From Synergistales bacterium (GTDB lineage: Bacteria > Synergistota > Synergistia > Synergistales > JAFGMB01), in assembly GCA_963666205.1 (NCBI GenBank), contig OY762654.1, forward strand, positions 2,016,001 through 2,080,000: a stretch of 64,000 nucleotides of DNA. Direction: 5' to 3'. A program made the translations under genes and the position numbers. The first letter of the stretch is position 1. Each line of letters starts with the position of its first letter. The notes under the pieces were generated by a model, which had not been told where the DNA came from, searched no databases, and was given only the letters and a program-made list of their open reading frames with translations. This document shows, piece after piece, positions 50,194-59,402 of this stretch.

Positions 50194-51293
50194 CAGTATT
50201 TTCAGAAAGGTCAGGCCAAATGGCTCAGTATAATATAAGTATGTATAGTGCAACAAACAATAGAAGAACTAAATTCCTTTTCACTGGATTTGGCATTGTC
50301 ATGTTTTTTCTCTTTATTCTTGGGCTTTCTCATGGATCGGTAAGAATACCGTCAAGAGAAGTTTTTATTATTCTTACAGGTGGAGAAGGGAATAACCCTG
50401 TCTGGACGGACATAGTTCTTAACCTGAGGCTTCCCAGGATCCTGGCAGCTATGCTGGGCGGGAGTGCCCTGGGTATTGGAGGACTGCTTATGCAGACCCT
50501 TTTCCTCAATCCCCTTGCCGGCCCATTTGTCCTTGGAATAAATGCCGGAGCAAGCCTGGGTGTTGCCCTGGTGATACTCCTTTCAGGAATAGCAGGATTC
50601 AGTTCTTTTCTTTCTGGTATTGGCATGCTGGCTGAGATGGGTATGGTCATCGCGGCCACTCTAGGCTCAGCTCTGGTGATCATAATGGTATTGATACTGG
50701 CAAGAAGAATAGCCAGCAAAACAGTCCTGCTTCTTATAGGGATCATGTTCGGTTATGCCGTAAGCGCTCTTGTGAGTGTCCTTATCCACTTCAGCATGGC
50801 GGAAAGGGTGCAGTCGTTTCTTGCGTGGACCTTTGGGAGTTTTTCAACTGTTTCATGGAAGGAATTGAAGGTAATGATACCCGTTATTACAATTTCCCTG
50901 GCACTGACCTTTCCGCTGGGAAAGGATCTCAATGTATTGCTTATGGGTGAAACCTATGCTTCAAGCATGGGAGTGGCTGCCAGAAAAGTGAAGAATTCAG
51001 TCATTCTTTTAACAGCCCTTCTGGCCGCTACTGTTACCGCATTCTGCGGCCCCGTCGCATTCCTGGGAATAGCAGTCCCCCATCTGGCCAGAAACATAGC
51101 CCGAACCGGCGATCATCGGGTGCTTATACCTATGTGTATTCTACTCGGTTCAATAGTCGCTCTCCTGTCAGACCTGATAGCTCATTTCCCCGGTCAGGGA
51201 GTAGTCCTTCCCCTTAATGCAGTGACCTCGTTAATTGGTGCTCCGGTTGTGATCTGGGTTATAACGAGGTATCAGCATGTGGGGAGGTCCTGA
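50190..51293 (+). CDS. FecCD/BtuC family ABC permease
   Basis: LRLPRI, MQTLFLNPLAGPFVLGINAGA and AFCGPVAFLGIAVPH motifs. Exact start uncertain (50190 or 50220). Confidence 0.9.
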   Translation: MTVFSERSGQMAQYNISMYSATNNRRTKFLFTGFGIVMFFLFILGLSHGSVRIPSREVFIILTGGEGNNPVWTDIVLNLRLPRILAAMLGGSALGIGGLLMQTLFLNPLAGPFVLGINAGASLGVALVILLSGIAGFSSFLSGIGMLAEMGMVIAATLGSALVIIMVLILARRIASKTVLLLIGIMFGYAVSALVSVLIHFSMAERVQSFLAWTFGSFSTVSWKELKVMIPVITISLALTFPLGKDLNVLLMGETYASSMGVAARKVKNSVILLTALLAATVTAFCGPVAFLGIAVPHLARNIARTGDHRVLIPMCILLGSIVALLSDLIAHFPGQGVVLPLNAVTSLIGAPVVIWVITRYQHVGRS

Positions 51294-51294
51294 C

Positions 51295-52311
51295 GTGAAA
51301 GAAGAATTGCTTCTAAGAACAGAAGGTCTGAATATCGGTTATAAAAAAGGGTCTAAGTCACAGACTATCATTGCCACCGGTCTGAAACTTGAGGTTTTCA
51401 GAGGAGAGCTTGTCTGTCTTGTGGGACCTAATGGAGTGGGGAAGTCCACCCTTCTTCGGACCCTTGCCGGTCTGCATGATCCCCTTGGGGGGAGAATTCT
51501 CCTGAGGGAAAGGGATATCAGTTCCATATCCTCTCTCGAAATGGCCAGGATACAGGGACTTGTCCTCACTGAAAAAATAGAAATGGAAGGATTCAATGTT
51601 TTCGACATGGTTAGCCTTGGCCGATTTCCCCACACTGACTGGAAGGGTTCCCTCAAATGTGAAGATCACCGGATAATTGCAGAGTCCCTTCAGATGGTTC
51701 GGGGAGAGAACTTTGCGGAAAGAAAGATCAATGAATTAAGCGATGGTGAGCGCCAGAAAGTGATGATAGCCCGTGCCCTTGCCCAGGAACCTGAACTGAT
51801 CCTTCTGGATGAACCTACTTCCTTTCTCGATCTTTTGAGAAAGGTGGAGATCGTACGTATAATGAGGGATCTGGCCCGGAAACAGAATAAGGCTGTGGTT
51901 ATGGCTTTGCACGACATACCCCTTGCCCTCCAGTATGCCGATAGACTGTGGCTTTTTGAACAGACAGGAAATATCCTGGATGGAGCACCGGAGGATCTGG
52001 TTTTATCAGGGAAGATAGTAGAGACCTTTTCCTCAGATCCATTGATCTTTGATCCGGTTACGGGAAGTTACCCCTTCTATGGAGATCAGAATAAACAGAT
52101 CTTACTTAAAGGGGACGGTCTTACTGGATTATGGACAAGAAAAGCTCTGGAAAAGGAAGGATATTCAGTAACTGATCAATATCTTTCCGGGGTGCCCTTG
52201 CTGGAAATAACCAATAGAAATAATTCCCGGCAATGGCATCTGTCACAGGGGTCCAGGAATGAGAGCTATTACTGTATTTATGATATGCTCAGGGGCCTCA
52301 GAGATTTATAG
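51295..52311 (+). CDS. BtuD/FepC-like ABC ATP-binding protein
   Basis: GPNGVGKST, LSDGERQKV and LLDEPTSFLD motifs. GTG start after GGGGAGG. Confidence 0.9.
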   Translation: MKEELLLRTEGLNIGYKKGSKSQTIIATGLKLEVFRGELVCLVGPNGVGKSTLLRTLAGLHDPLGGRILLRERDISSISSLEMARIQGLVLTEKIEMEGFNVFDMVSLGRFPHTDWKGSLKCEDHRIIAESLQMVRGENFAERKINELSDGERQKVMIARALAQEPELILLDEPTSFLDLLRKVEIVRIMRDLARKQNKAVVMALHDIPLALQYADRLWLFEQTGNILDGAPEDLVLSGKIVETFSSDPLIFDPVTGSYPFYGDQNKQILLKGDGLTGLWTRKALEKEGYSVTDQYLSGVPLLEITNRNNSRQWHLSQGSRNESYYCIYDMLRGLRDL

Positions 52312-53118
52312 TTACTGATCTTCAAGCCTGAAGATCACGGGTATTCTGACTTTTGCCTTTGATGGATAACTGAAAGTCCATTTCCTGACAGCGTCGACTG
52401 CCGAGCTATCCAGTCTTGGGAAGCTGCTGGAGCTCTCAACCATAACTTCAACTACCTGTCCATTGTCGATCTCAAGAAGTAAAATAACCTCACCTTCTTC
52501 CCTTCTTAACCGGGATGTTCGAGGATAGGAAGGTTTGACCCTCCTTATCACACCCGCTTTTTCTGCATCCAGGACCAGGGGCAGAACCAGCTTTTCCTGT
52601 TCCTGATCAGAGGCTCCCGAAAACTCAGCAATTTCTCCCTGAATTGTATTTCCAGTCACTTTTTCCCGGGATTCAAGGCCTTCAACCGGTACGTTCCCGA
52701 CTTGAGATTCTGTCGGAGCAGGATCTTCAGTCTGTTCTTTCTTTTGCTCCTGTTCAGGTTTTTGAGGAACCTTTTCCTTTACCGGTTCCAGATTTTTATT
52801 GGGTTTTTTCAAGGGAGTAGTCTCATTAACATTCTTGTTTGTGTCAGCTGTTTCTGTTTCTGGAACTGGTTCCAGGTTTGCTGCAGCATCAAAGAAGTTC
52901 TTTTTCGAAACCTCGGAAACCTCATAAGGCAGTGAAATTTCGTTGAAAGTACTTTTCTTATCAGAAGGATTCCCTGATTTAGCCAGGTTTACCAGCGCTA
53001 TTGCTGTGGACTGAACACCAGGGGGCTCCGGTTTGTAAAAAGAATGCAGGCCTAAAAAATAAAGTACTGTTGCATGAAGCAGGATACTTATCAGAAGAGC
53101 AGATACTATTCTTTTCAA
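52312..53118 (-). CDS. tonB: Energy transducer TonB
   Basis: TM anchor with S-x3-H (ISILLHA), Pro/Glu/Lys-rich linker, and PSYP...EEGEV...SSSFPRLD..AV..W.F C-terminal domain. Confidence 0.88.
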   Translation of the reverse strand: MKRIVSALLISILLHATVLYFLGLHSFYKPEPPGVQSTAIALVNLAKSGNPSDKKSTFNEISLPYEVSEVSKKNFFDAAANLEPVPETETADTNKNVNETTPLKKPNKNLEPVKEKVPQKPEQEQKKEQTEDPAPTESQVGNVPVEGLESREKVTGNTIQGEIAEFSGASDQEQEKLVLPLVLDAEKAGVIRRVKPSYPRTSRLRREEGEVILLLEIDNGQVVEVMVESSSSFPRLDSSAVDAVRKWTFSYPSKAKVRIPVIFRLEDQ

Positions 53119-53507
53119 GGTGAGGTGTTACCTCCCAGGGCCAGGCTGACCTTATCCACACCTCTTGCCCTTATATCATCAAGAAGTGAAGCAATGGTTC
53201 CATAGGAGGTATCAGTATCCCCTGCAATGAGGATATCCTTATTGTTCCTGCTTGATTCTTCAGCCAGAGATAAAACCTCATCCCGTGTCACCGGGGCGTT
53301 TCCAACGGCAAAATTACCTTCAGGGTCTACAGATATCACTACAGGAGAACCTGTTATTGATGTCCCTTTTCCTGAAGGGAGGTCTATAACAAGCTGACTT
53401 CGAACAAAAGAAGTGGTAAGAACAAAAAATATTATAAGAATGAAGAGGACATCTATAAGAGGAGTTAGTTCGATATCAGGAAAAGCTCTCCTTCGTGAAC
53501 TTCTCAT
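53115..53507 (-). CDS. exbD: Biopolymer transport protein ExbD
   Basis: IELTPLIDVLFILIIFF and I.GD...YG motifs. Confidence 0.9.
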   Translation of the reverse strand: MRSSRRRAFPDIELTPLIDVLFILIIFFVLTTSFVRSQLVIDLPSGKGTSITGSPVVISVDPEGNFAVGNAPVTRDEVLSLAEESSRNNKDILIAGDTDTSYGTIASLLDDIRARGVDKVSLALGGNTSP

Positions 53508-54154
53508 TTTCCGGATGCCTCTACGGCTGGACCTGATTCTGACATTAGATGTCCGGATCTCAGAATATGTTCCCTGAGCAGAAAGTCTGCACCCCGATTG
53601 AGGGTTTCTTCCTGATTATCCACTTTTGAGCTGAGAAATGTATAACACAGTATAACGGGGACAGCAACGGAAAGACCTGCAACAGTAGTGAAAAGGGCTT
53701 TCCAGATCCCGCCTGCAAGGGCTACCATTGGAGCTTCCGAGTCCCCCGTAAGATTTCTGAATATTTCTATCATGCCCAGAACTGTTCCAAGAAGACCCAG
53801 AAGGGGAGTTACCCTGGCGATCGTTCCAAGGAGATTGAGTCCCTTTTCCCATCGAAAGATCTCTCTTCGTACTTCCTGTTCCAGAAGCATCTTCATTGCC
53901 TCATGATCTACTTTCCAGTGGGTGATCCCTGCCCTGAATAGTCTGTGAAGGGAACTGGTTCCCCCATTAACTATATGAGTAGCCTGTTCGGCATTGTTGT
54001 TATAAATAGCCTCACATAGGCTGAGTTCTATTTTTTCCGGGTTTACCGTTGATTTTGTAAAGAAAAGAAGCCTCTCCAGAACTATGGTTGCAGCAAGTAC
54101 AGAGAGAAAGGCTATTATCCACATAATAGGACCGCCAGTATGCATTATCTCCAA
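53504..54154 (-). CDS. exbB: MotA/TolQ/ExbB proton channel
   Basis: GGPIMW, PLLGLLGTVLGMI and GGIWKALFTTVAGL.VA motifs. Confidence 0.9.
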   Translation of the reverse strand: MEIMHTGGPIMWIIAFLSVLAATIVLERLLFFTKSTVNPEKIELSLCEAIYNNNAEQATHIVNGGTSSLHRLFRAGITHWKVDHEAMKMLLEQEVRREIFRWEKGLNLLGTIARVTPLLGLLGTVLGMIEIFRNLTGDSEAPMVALAGGIWKALFTTVAGLSVAVPVILCYTFLSSKVDNQEETLNRGADFLLREHILRSGHLMSESGPAVEASGK

Positions 54155-54253
54155 TTATCTCACCTCAAGGTCTGCCTTCTGTTCTTACAGAAGGGCTTTT
54201 CATAGTTTATTTGTAAAGCCCTTCTATATCAAGTCATTCATGAAAAGCCCCGG

Positions 54254-54283
54254 TTATCCTGTGTGACTTTATCCTGTGTGACT
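54254..54283. repeat. Perfect 15-bp tandem duplication
   Basis: TTATCCTGTGTGACT occurs twice (54254-54268 and 54269-54283). Confidence 0.85.
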
Positions 54284-54486
54284 GCCCGGTAATAATACAG
54301 AATAGAGCTGTTTCCCCTTTAAAATGGAACAAAAGTCCCGGTAAGGAAGGTCCATAAGACTCATGTCTTTTATTCCCTGGGGAATATCTCCTTTTCCTTC
54401 TAATGTTTAGAATTAAGGCAGGAGTAATATGGTTTATTGATTACAGACGGAATACCCTGATCTATCTTTTCTATGGAGGTTAGAGA

Positions 54487-55527
54487 ATGAAATTAGAGTA
54501 CGGAGCAGGAAAAAGAAAGGGATTTACCCTTGTTGAGATCCTTATAGTGGTAATAATCATAGGGATTCTTGCTGGAGCCCTGATGCTGGCTCTGGGTTCA
54601 TCCACTGATAAGGCGGAAGCAACAAAAATTGCCCAGGATATGAAAACCTTATCAAAGGCTGTCCTTTCATCCTTTGCAGATAATGGTGACTGGCCAACTG
54701 GTACATCTGAGCTTGAAAAATATCTTGACAGGTCTATCTGTGAACTTGGACGTGTATGTTACGGTCTCGAGAATTTAGAAGATGCCCTTTACGTAAAAGC
54801 CTCCCTGGGAGAGGAAATATCGGTAACGGTAAAGGACAGGCTTTCAGCAATGGCCCGTGGAACTGGTTTCACCCAATGGTCAGGAGAAACCATGGAGGTA
54901 TATCAGAATGGAGACAGCCTTTATTTACTGGTAAGGCGGTCTATCCTCTCAGGCGGCAATAATAATGCACTTTTTTCAGTAGATTTTCGCTCTCCTGAAG
55001 ACCTGGAGCTATTTACGAAGATATATGGATCTTCCTCCAGGTACTGGAACATAGAGGAAGGTCATCTCACTAGTGATCCTGGTAGTGGAGAGATGAGATA
55101 TAGTTTCGGGGATATTTCGTGGGAGGATTATATCCTCAATGTAACTGCTTCTTATGGTCAGTCAAGCTCTGCGGGGTATGGAATTTACTACAGGGCTGAT
55201 GGAGAGAAGAACATAACAGGATATATCTTTCAGTATGATCCAGGCCTTGGAAACGATTTTGTTATCAGAGAAGTTCTCAATGGCAGAGAAAGTTCTCCTA
55301 TCCAGAGGGTCGATATGAAAACTGTAATGGGAGAGGGTTTCCAGATCTTCGATACAACCCATGATATAAGGATTTCAGTTGAGGGTGACCATCATGTTGT
55401 CACTGTAGATGGAGTAGAGGTTTTCAACTTTGTGGACGATACATTTAACCAGGGTTCAGCTGGTCTGCGAACCTGGGGAACCGGTGGAGTTGCAACCTTT
55501 GATGAGATCAGCGTAGAAAACAAATAA
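54487..55527 (+). CDS. Type IV prepilin-like protein with a C-terminal beta-sandwich (DUF1080/ConA-like) domain
   Basis: RKG|FTLVE cleavage/methylation site and a hydrophobic helix. C-domain reads WEDY.LNV, GYGIYYR, GY.FQ, H.I.I.V.G, GSAGLR.W and FD.I.V. Confidence 0.8.
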   Translation: MKLEYGAGKRKGFTLVEILIVVIIIGILAGALMLALGSSTDKAEATKIAQDMKTLSKAVLSSFADNGDWPTGTSELEKYLDRSICELGRVCYGLENLEDALYVKASLGEEISVTVKDRLSAMARGTGFTQWSGETMEVYQNGDSLYLLVRRSILSGGNNNALFSVDFRSPEDLELFTKIYGSSSRYWNIEEGHLTSDPGSGEMRYSFGDISWEDYILNVTASYGQSSSAGYGIYYRADGEKNITGYIFQYDPGLGNDFVIREVLNGRESSPIQRVDMKTVMGEGFQIFDTTHDIRISVEGDHHVVTVDGVEVFNFVDDTFNQGSAGLRTWGTGGVATFDEISVENK

Positions 55528-55558
55528 AACCTTCCCGGAAGATGTTGGTTGGAAGGGT

Positions 55559-56164
55559 CTAGAAAAGTTTATAACAGAGTGGAACCAGCATTGGCATAGC
55601 GACTGTGATAAGGACTCCAGAGACGAAGGCGGCTATTGCCATCTGTTTCCCGGTACTTTTGATGATAAATGGAAGTGCTGTATCCATTGCGGTTGCTCCT
55701 GCAATACCTATTGCACCGTTCTTTCCGAAGACAGCCACGAAAAGAGGCATGGCAGTCATTACCAGGAGTTCCCTGAGTAAATTTGAAATAAAGGCAATAG
55801 TTGCGGCCTCCGGGCCGGCAAGCTGTTTGAGCATGATTGTGGTAAGACTATAATAGCCGCTACCAACTGATGCGGCAGCAGAAACTCCAGTAGGCAGTCC
55901 CACTAGAATACCAGTAATTATTCCTCCAATAAGACTTCCAAGGACTGAAACTATTGGAATGATAAAGGCTTTGTGTCCCATGTTGCGAATATTGGCCCAT
56001 AGTTTCTGATCTTTTCCCATGTCCATTCCTATGACAAAACAGAGCAGGATCACAAATCCTTTTATCAGACTGTTTGTCGTATCCAGTAGCTCTCCAGGTA
56101 TTATACCGGAAATACCAATTATGACTCCTGTGATTAACAGTACGAATGGTGTAATAATGGACAT
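55559..56164 (-). CDS. LysO/DUF340 family exporter, C-terminal part
   Basis: GSGYYSLT, AFISNLLRE and GATAMDTALP motifs. Confidence 0.85.
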   Translation of the reverse strand: MSIITPFVLLITGVIIGISGIIPGELLDTTNSLIKGFVILLCFVIGMDMGKDQKLWANIRNMGHKAFIIPIVSVLGSLIGGIITGILVGLPTGVSAAASVGSGYYSLTTIMLKQLAGPEAATIAFISNLLRELLVMTAMPLFVAVFGKNGAIGIAGATAMDTALPFIIKSTGKQMAIAAFVSGVLITVAMPMLVPLCYKLF

Positions 56165-56168
56165 ACTC

Positions 56169-56435
56169 TTATCCTTTCTTCAGGACAAGTAGACATAAAA
56201 TTCCGCTTCCTGCAATAGTACCCATGGAAAGTAAAACAGCTTTAAACCCGATAACACCGATATTAGAAAGAATTGCGCGGTATGTACCTACTTCCAGTCC
56301 TACAAAGAGAAGAAGTCCATATATGATAAACATCAGTATTCTGTCCAGGGATAAAGTTATGCTTACTGGAAGTTTCCCAGACCGTCCAAGAGCTATCCCT
56401 AACAGGAGAAACGCCATGAAAATAAGAATGTCCAA
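56169..56435 (-). CDS. LysO family transporter, small N-terminal partner
   Basis: 88 aa with 3 TM segments. LLLFVGLEVG and GTIAGS motifs. Immediately upstream of the DUF340 gene. Confidence 0.75.
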   Translation of the reverse strand: MDILIFMAFLLLGIALGRSGKLPVSITLSLDRILMFIIYGLLLFVGLEVGTYRAILSNIGVIGFKAVLLSMGTIAGSGILCLLVLKKG

Positions 56436-56711
56436 AATAGATACCTCACTTTTTATGTTTTGCTGGAAATAGGAGTTTTCGCACTCTCAGGATAACCCAG
56501 TCTGCTTTTCTCCATGAGTTTTTGCATGAAAATGGTTTCCACAACGCCTTAATCATAATGGCTTTGTCTTTTGTGGTAAAGAAAGGTGGGTATACTGGCT
56601 TCTATCCATAAGAAGAAGTTTTAAAACCCAGGTATTCTTATTATGTAAAGCAGTAAAATCTCTCAAGACGGACAAGAAGGAGCTTTGGGGGGAGTTGAAG
56701 TCCACAAAAAA

Positions 56712-56860
56712 GCCTTTAAAGGTAGCCCGGCTGGCCTGACTGACGATTTACTAATTCCAAACAGGTCTCACTCTCGTAAAACCTCCTAGCCGTAAATCCG
56801 TTTTAGTCCCGTGGCTTTGCGTCGCCGCCTTTTGGCGGTTCTGCCCTTTACTTTAAAGGT
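56712..56860 (-). ncRNA. c-di-GMP-I (GEMM-I) riboswitch with an extended distal stem
   Basis: Minus strand reads AAAGGGCAGAACCGCC-AAAA-GGCGGCGACGCAAAGCCACGGGACTAA...GGCCAGCCGGGCTACC, closed by CCTTTAAAG/CTTTAAAGG. Confidence 0.8.
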
Positions 56861-56866
56861 GAACTA

Positions 56867-56895
56867 ATTATACATATGCTATGGCAAATTGGCAA
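56867..56895 (-). promoter_or_regulatory. Sigma70 promoter of the riboswitch transcript
   Basis: TTGCCA (56895-56890)-N17-TATAAT (56872-56867). The predicted start (~56860) coincides with the 5' arm of the closing stem. Confidence 0.65.
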
Positions 56896-57426
56896 ATTGG
56901 TAAATCGCGGATAAACCTTAAGAAAGGAAAATAATCCCTTTTTTTAGTAACTTGCTCCCCTGAAAATAATATTGCTGACATTTTAGTTGAAAAGGAAAGG
57001 TTTACGGATGCAGAAAATTCATTTTCATGCCAGGTATGTGATCCTTCTGCGTCTCATATATAATCTATGGAGACTTTTATCAGGTACTTTTCCTCCAGGA
57101 TTCTGGATATATTCCTGACTATATTCCTTCGAATCTCTATTTCTTCAGGAAGGGTCGGGTCCTGATGAGCTTTGTTGATCCTGCTGTCTGCCACAAAGTG
57201 GTAATGTTGTTTTAAGGTTACTCCTTCAATGTAAGAGGATGGATTATAGGAATATTTTGCAGGATCGCAATTTCAAGTCCCTATAAGGTTTTTATCCTGT
57301 TAGCATAGGGTAAAACCTATCAGAAGTATTGAAAATAATAATCACGAGCTATTGATAATTAACTATTGTTAACATTATAATGCATGAAGGGAAATTTGTT
57401 AGGAATAAATCTCTCCGGGGAGGAAG

Positions 57427-57780
57427 ATGCTCATGTCAGAACAGAAAAAAGAACTCCTTATTATCTGGACAAGTAAAGACATTGATGTAGCCATGAATAT
57501 GGTGTTTATGTATGCTAAAAATTCAAAACTCAAACAATGGTGGGATGAGGTTTCTCTTCTTATATGGGGACCTTCTGCTTTTGCTATGGCAAATGATACT
57601 GAACTTCAGGAATATCTGAAGGATTTGCAGGCAGTGGGAGTAAAGGTCCTGGCATGCCGAAAATGTGCTGAAAATTATGGAGTTGCTGAAAAACTGGAAA
57701 AGCTGGAAATAGATGTTTTTTATGCAGGCCAGTTCCTTTCAGAGTGGATACAGGAAGATAAAAAAGTTATTACCTTTTAG
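57427..57780 (+). CDS. DsrE family protein
   Basis: IIWTS, MVFMYA.NS, V.LLIWGPS and ACRKCAENYGV motifs. Confidence 0.8.
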   Translation: MLMSEQKKELLIIWTSKDIDVAMNMVFMYAKNSKLKQWWDEVSLLIWGPSAFAMANDTELQEYLKDLQAVGVKVLACRKCAENYGVAEKLEKLEIDVFYAGQFLSEWIQEDKKVITF

Positions 57781-57809
57781 ACTGTCTGATGGTCCATGTC
57801 GTTGTTTAT

Positions 57810-57846
57810 GAAAAGGTGGTTTCCGTAATTGAGGAACCACCTTTTC
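57810..57846 (+). terminator. Intrinsic terminator
   Basis: GAAAAGGTGGTT / AACCACCTTTTC stem. Confidence 0.7.
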
Positions 57847-58423
57847 TATTTTCGATTTAAAACTTGCGAGGTTCTCTGACGATCGGATCGTGCCGGCTAT
57901 ATGCTGTTAAGTCCGGAATCTCGGGAAAAGTGATAGATCCTTTTATCTGGATGGTATCTTCTCCAGTTCCATATCAGGGCCAAAGTTCATGTGGCAAAAC
58001 ATGACCAGGATGGTGTCATGAAAAACAGGAGTTTTTTCCCTGTTATTCTCTGGTAAAATAAGTACCAGAATAACATTTCCTTTCTTTTGTAATAAGCCAT
58101 TTCCTTCACTCATTAACTATTAAAAATAACAGAAAAATATTACCATTTCTCTTCAGCTGTATCAGGGGCATTACATCCTCATAATTCTGAAAAAGTTGAA
58201 TTTAAAATGAAAAGAATATGTTTTAACGGTAAAAGGTTCTTTCATTAAATATTTTCGAAAAATACCATTATAAAGAACCGTCGATCGGGCTTCCTCATCA
58301 AGGCGAGATTCAAATTGTCCTTGACTCCCTGAAGAGTCAGTAAAACACATGCATCTGTATGGACTCGGTCAGGACCCGGGCATAAAAATCGCGTTCCTGC
58401 AGAACAGAGGCTGAAAGAGTTGG

Positions 58424-59140
58424 ATGGTGCAGAACATGAAGAGTTTTTCTGTCAAGTGGTGGGAAAATATGTGGAATTCAAAAGTGGATAATCCGTGCTG
58501 CAGGGAAATGAGGGTGAAAATCAAGGGGTGGTCTTTCTCCCGTTTATTGCGTTTGCAAAGGCGTACCTGGCAGGTTCATATTGAAGGTCAGGAGCGTCTG
58601 GATCGATTGTATGCTGAAAGGAAGCGATTTTTGTTTTGCTTCTGGCATGGGAAATACGTGCAGATATTTCCTCTGCTGGAAGGTTACGATGTATGTGTTA
58701 TAACCAACCGGTCAGAGCGGGGAAATGTTATCGCTGAAGTCAGCCGGAATCTGGGTTATCAGAGCACCCAGATTCCGGACCAGCCACGCCGTGGATCTCT
58801 TGAACTTATGAAAAAAGAATTGATCGCGGCTCAGGCGGGAGGAATAGCTGTCGATGGCCCGTTGGGTCCACGTCATCGTGTAAAAAGCGGCGTGATAAGG
58901 ATTGCTTCAGCGGCAGGATTTGATATTCTACCTATTTCGGTGGATAGTCGAAGGAAAATAGTATTTGAAAAACGATGGGACCGTATGGAGATCCCCCTGC
59001 TCTTCACAAAGGTCTGTCTGGTCATTGGTGAAACCATTAAAATACCGCCCGGACTTCGTTCTCCACAGCTTCAGGACCTGACAGAGGATCTTGCAGAAAC
59101 CATGTTAAAGCTGGACAAGAAGGCCGAGAACATGATCTGA
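58424..59140 (+). CDS. DUF374 / lysophospholipid acyltransferase-like protein
   Basis: FCFWHG, S.RG.VIA, IAVDGPLGP, VKSG and WDRMEIPL.F motifs. Start uncertain (possibly 58508). Confidence 0.8.
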   Translation: MVQNMKSFSVKWWENMWNSKVDNPCCREMRVKIKGWSFSRLLRLQRRTWQVHIEGQERLDRLYAERKRFLFCFWHGKYVQIFPLLEGYDVCVITNRSERGNVIAEVSRNLGYQSTQIPDQPRRGSLELMKKELIAAQAGGIAVDGPLGPRHRVKSGVIRIASAAGFDILPISVDSRRKIVFEKRWDRMEIPLLFTKVCLVIGETIKIPPGLRSPQLQDLTEDLAETMLKLDKKAENMI

Positions 59141-59402
59141 AAGAGGGGGGACAAAAAAGGATACATTGGGGACTGTGGATCGATGATGAAACTTTTTTGA
59201 TAAACTTCCTGGAAAAGTCATGGTCTGGAACCTGCTATCCCTTGTGTTGTGTAATCTTTTTTGCTCCAGCGTTTTACTCGATTATTTTAACCATGGGGAA
59301 TAGGCCCGTTGCTTTTTGTCTGGATATTGTTGACGATAGATAGGGGGTGATAGGCATTGCCATTATCCAAAGGGAGATCTTCGCCGTAAAGATGGTCCGA
59401 GA

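Noticed and set aside
55559-56435. Split LysO as a pseudogene
   Set aside because: Both parts have their own starts and clean ends, and two-gene LysO/DUF340 arrangements are a familiar natural form.
56882-56905. TGGCAAAT x3 tandem repeat as a CRISPR or iteron-like feature
   Set aside because: Only 8-bp units with no spacers. It coincides with the -35 region of the riboswitch promoter.
58041-58075. Imperfect inverted repeat TGTTATTCT...AGAATAACA as a mobile-element end
   Set aside because: No transposase, partner repeat or target duplication is visible.
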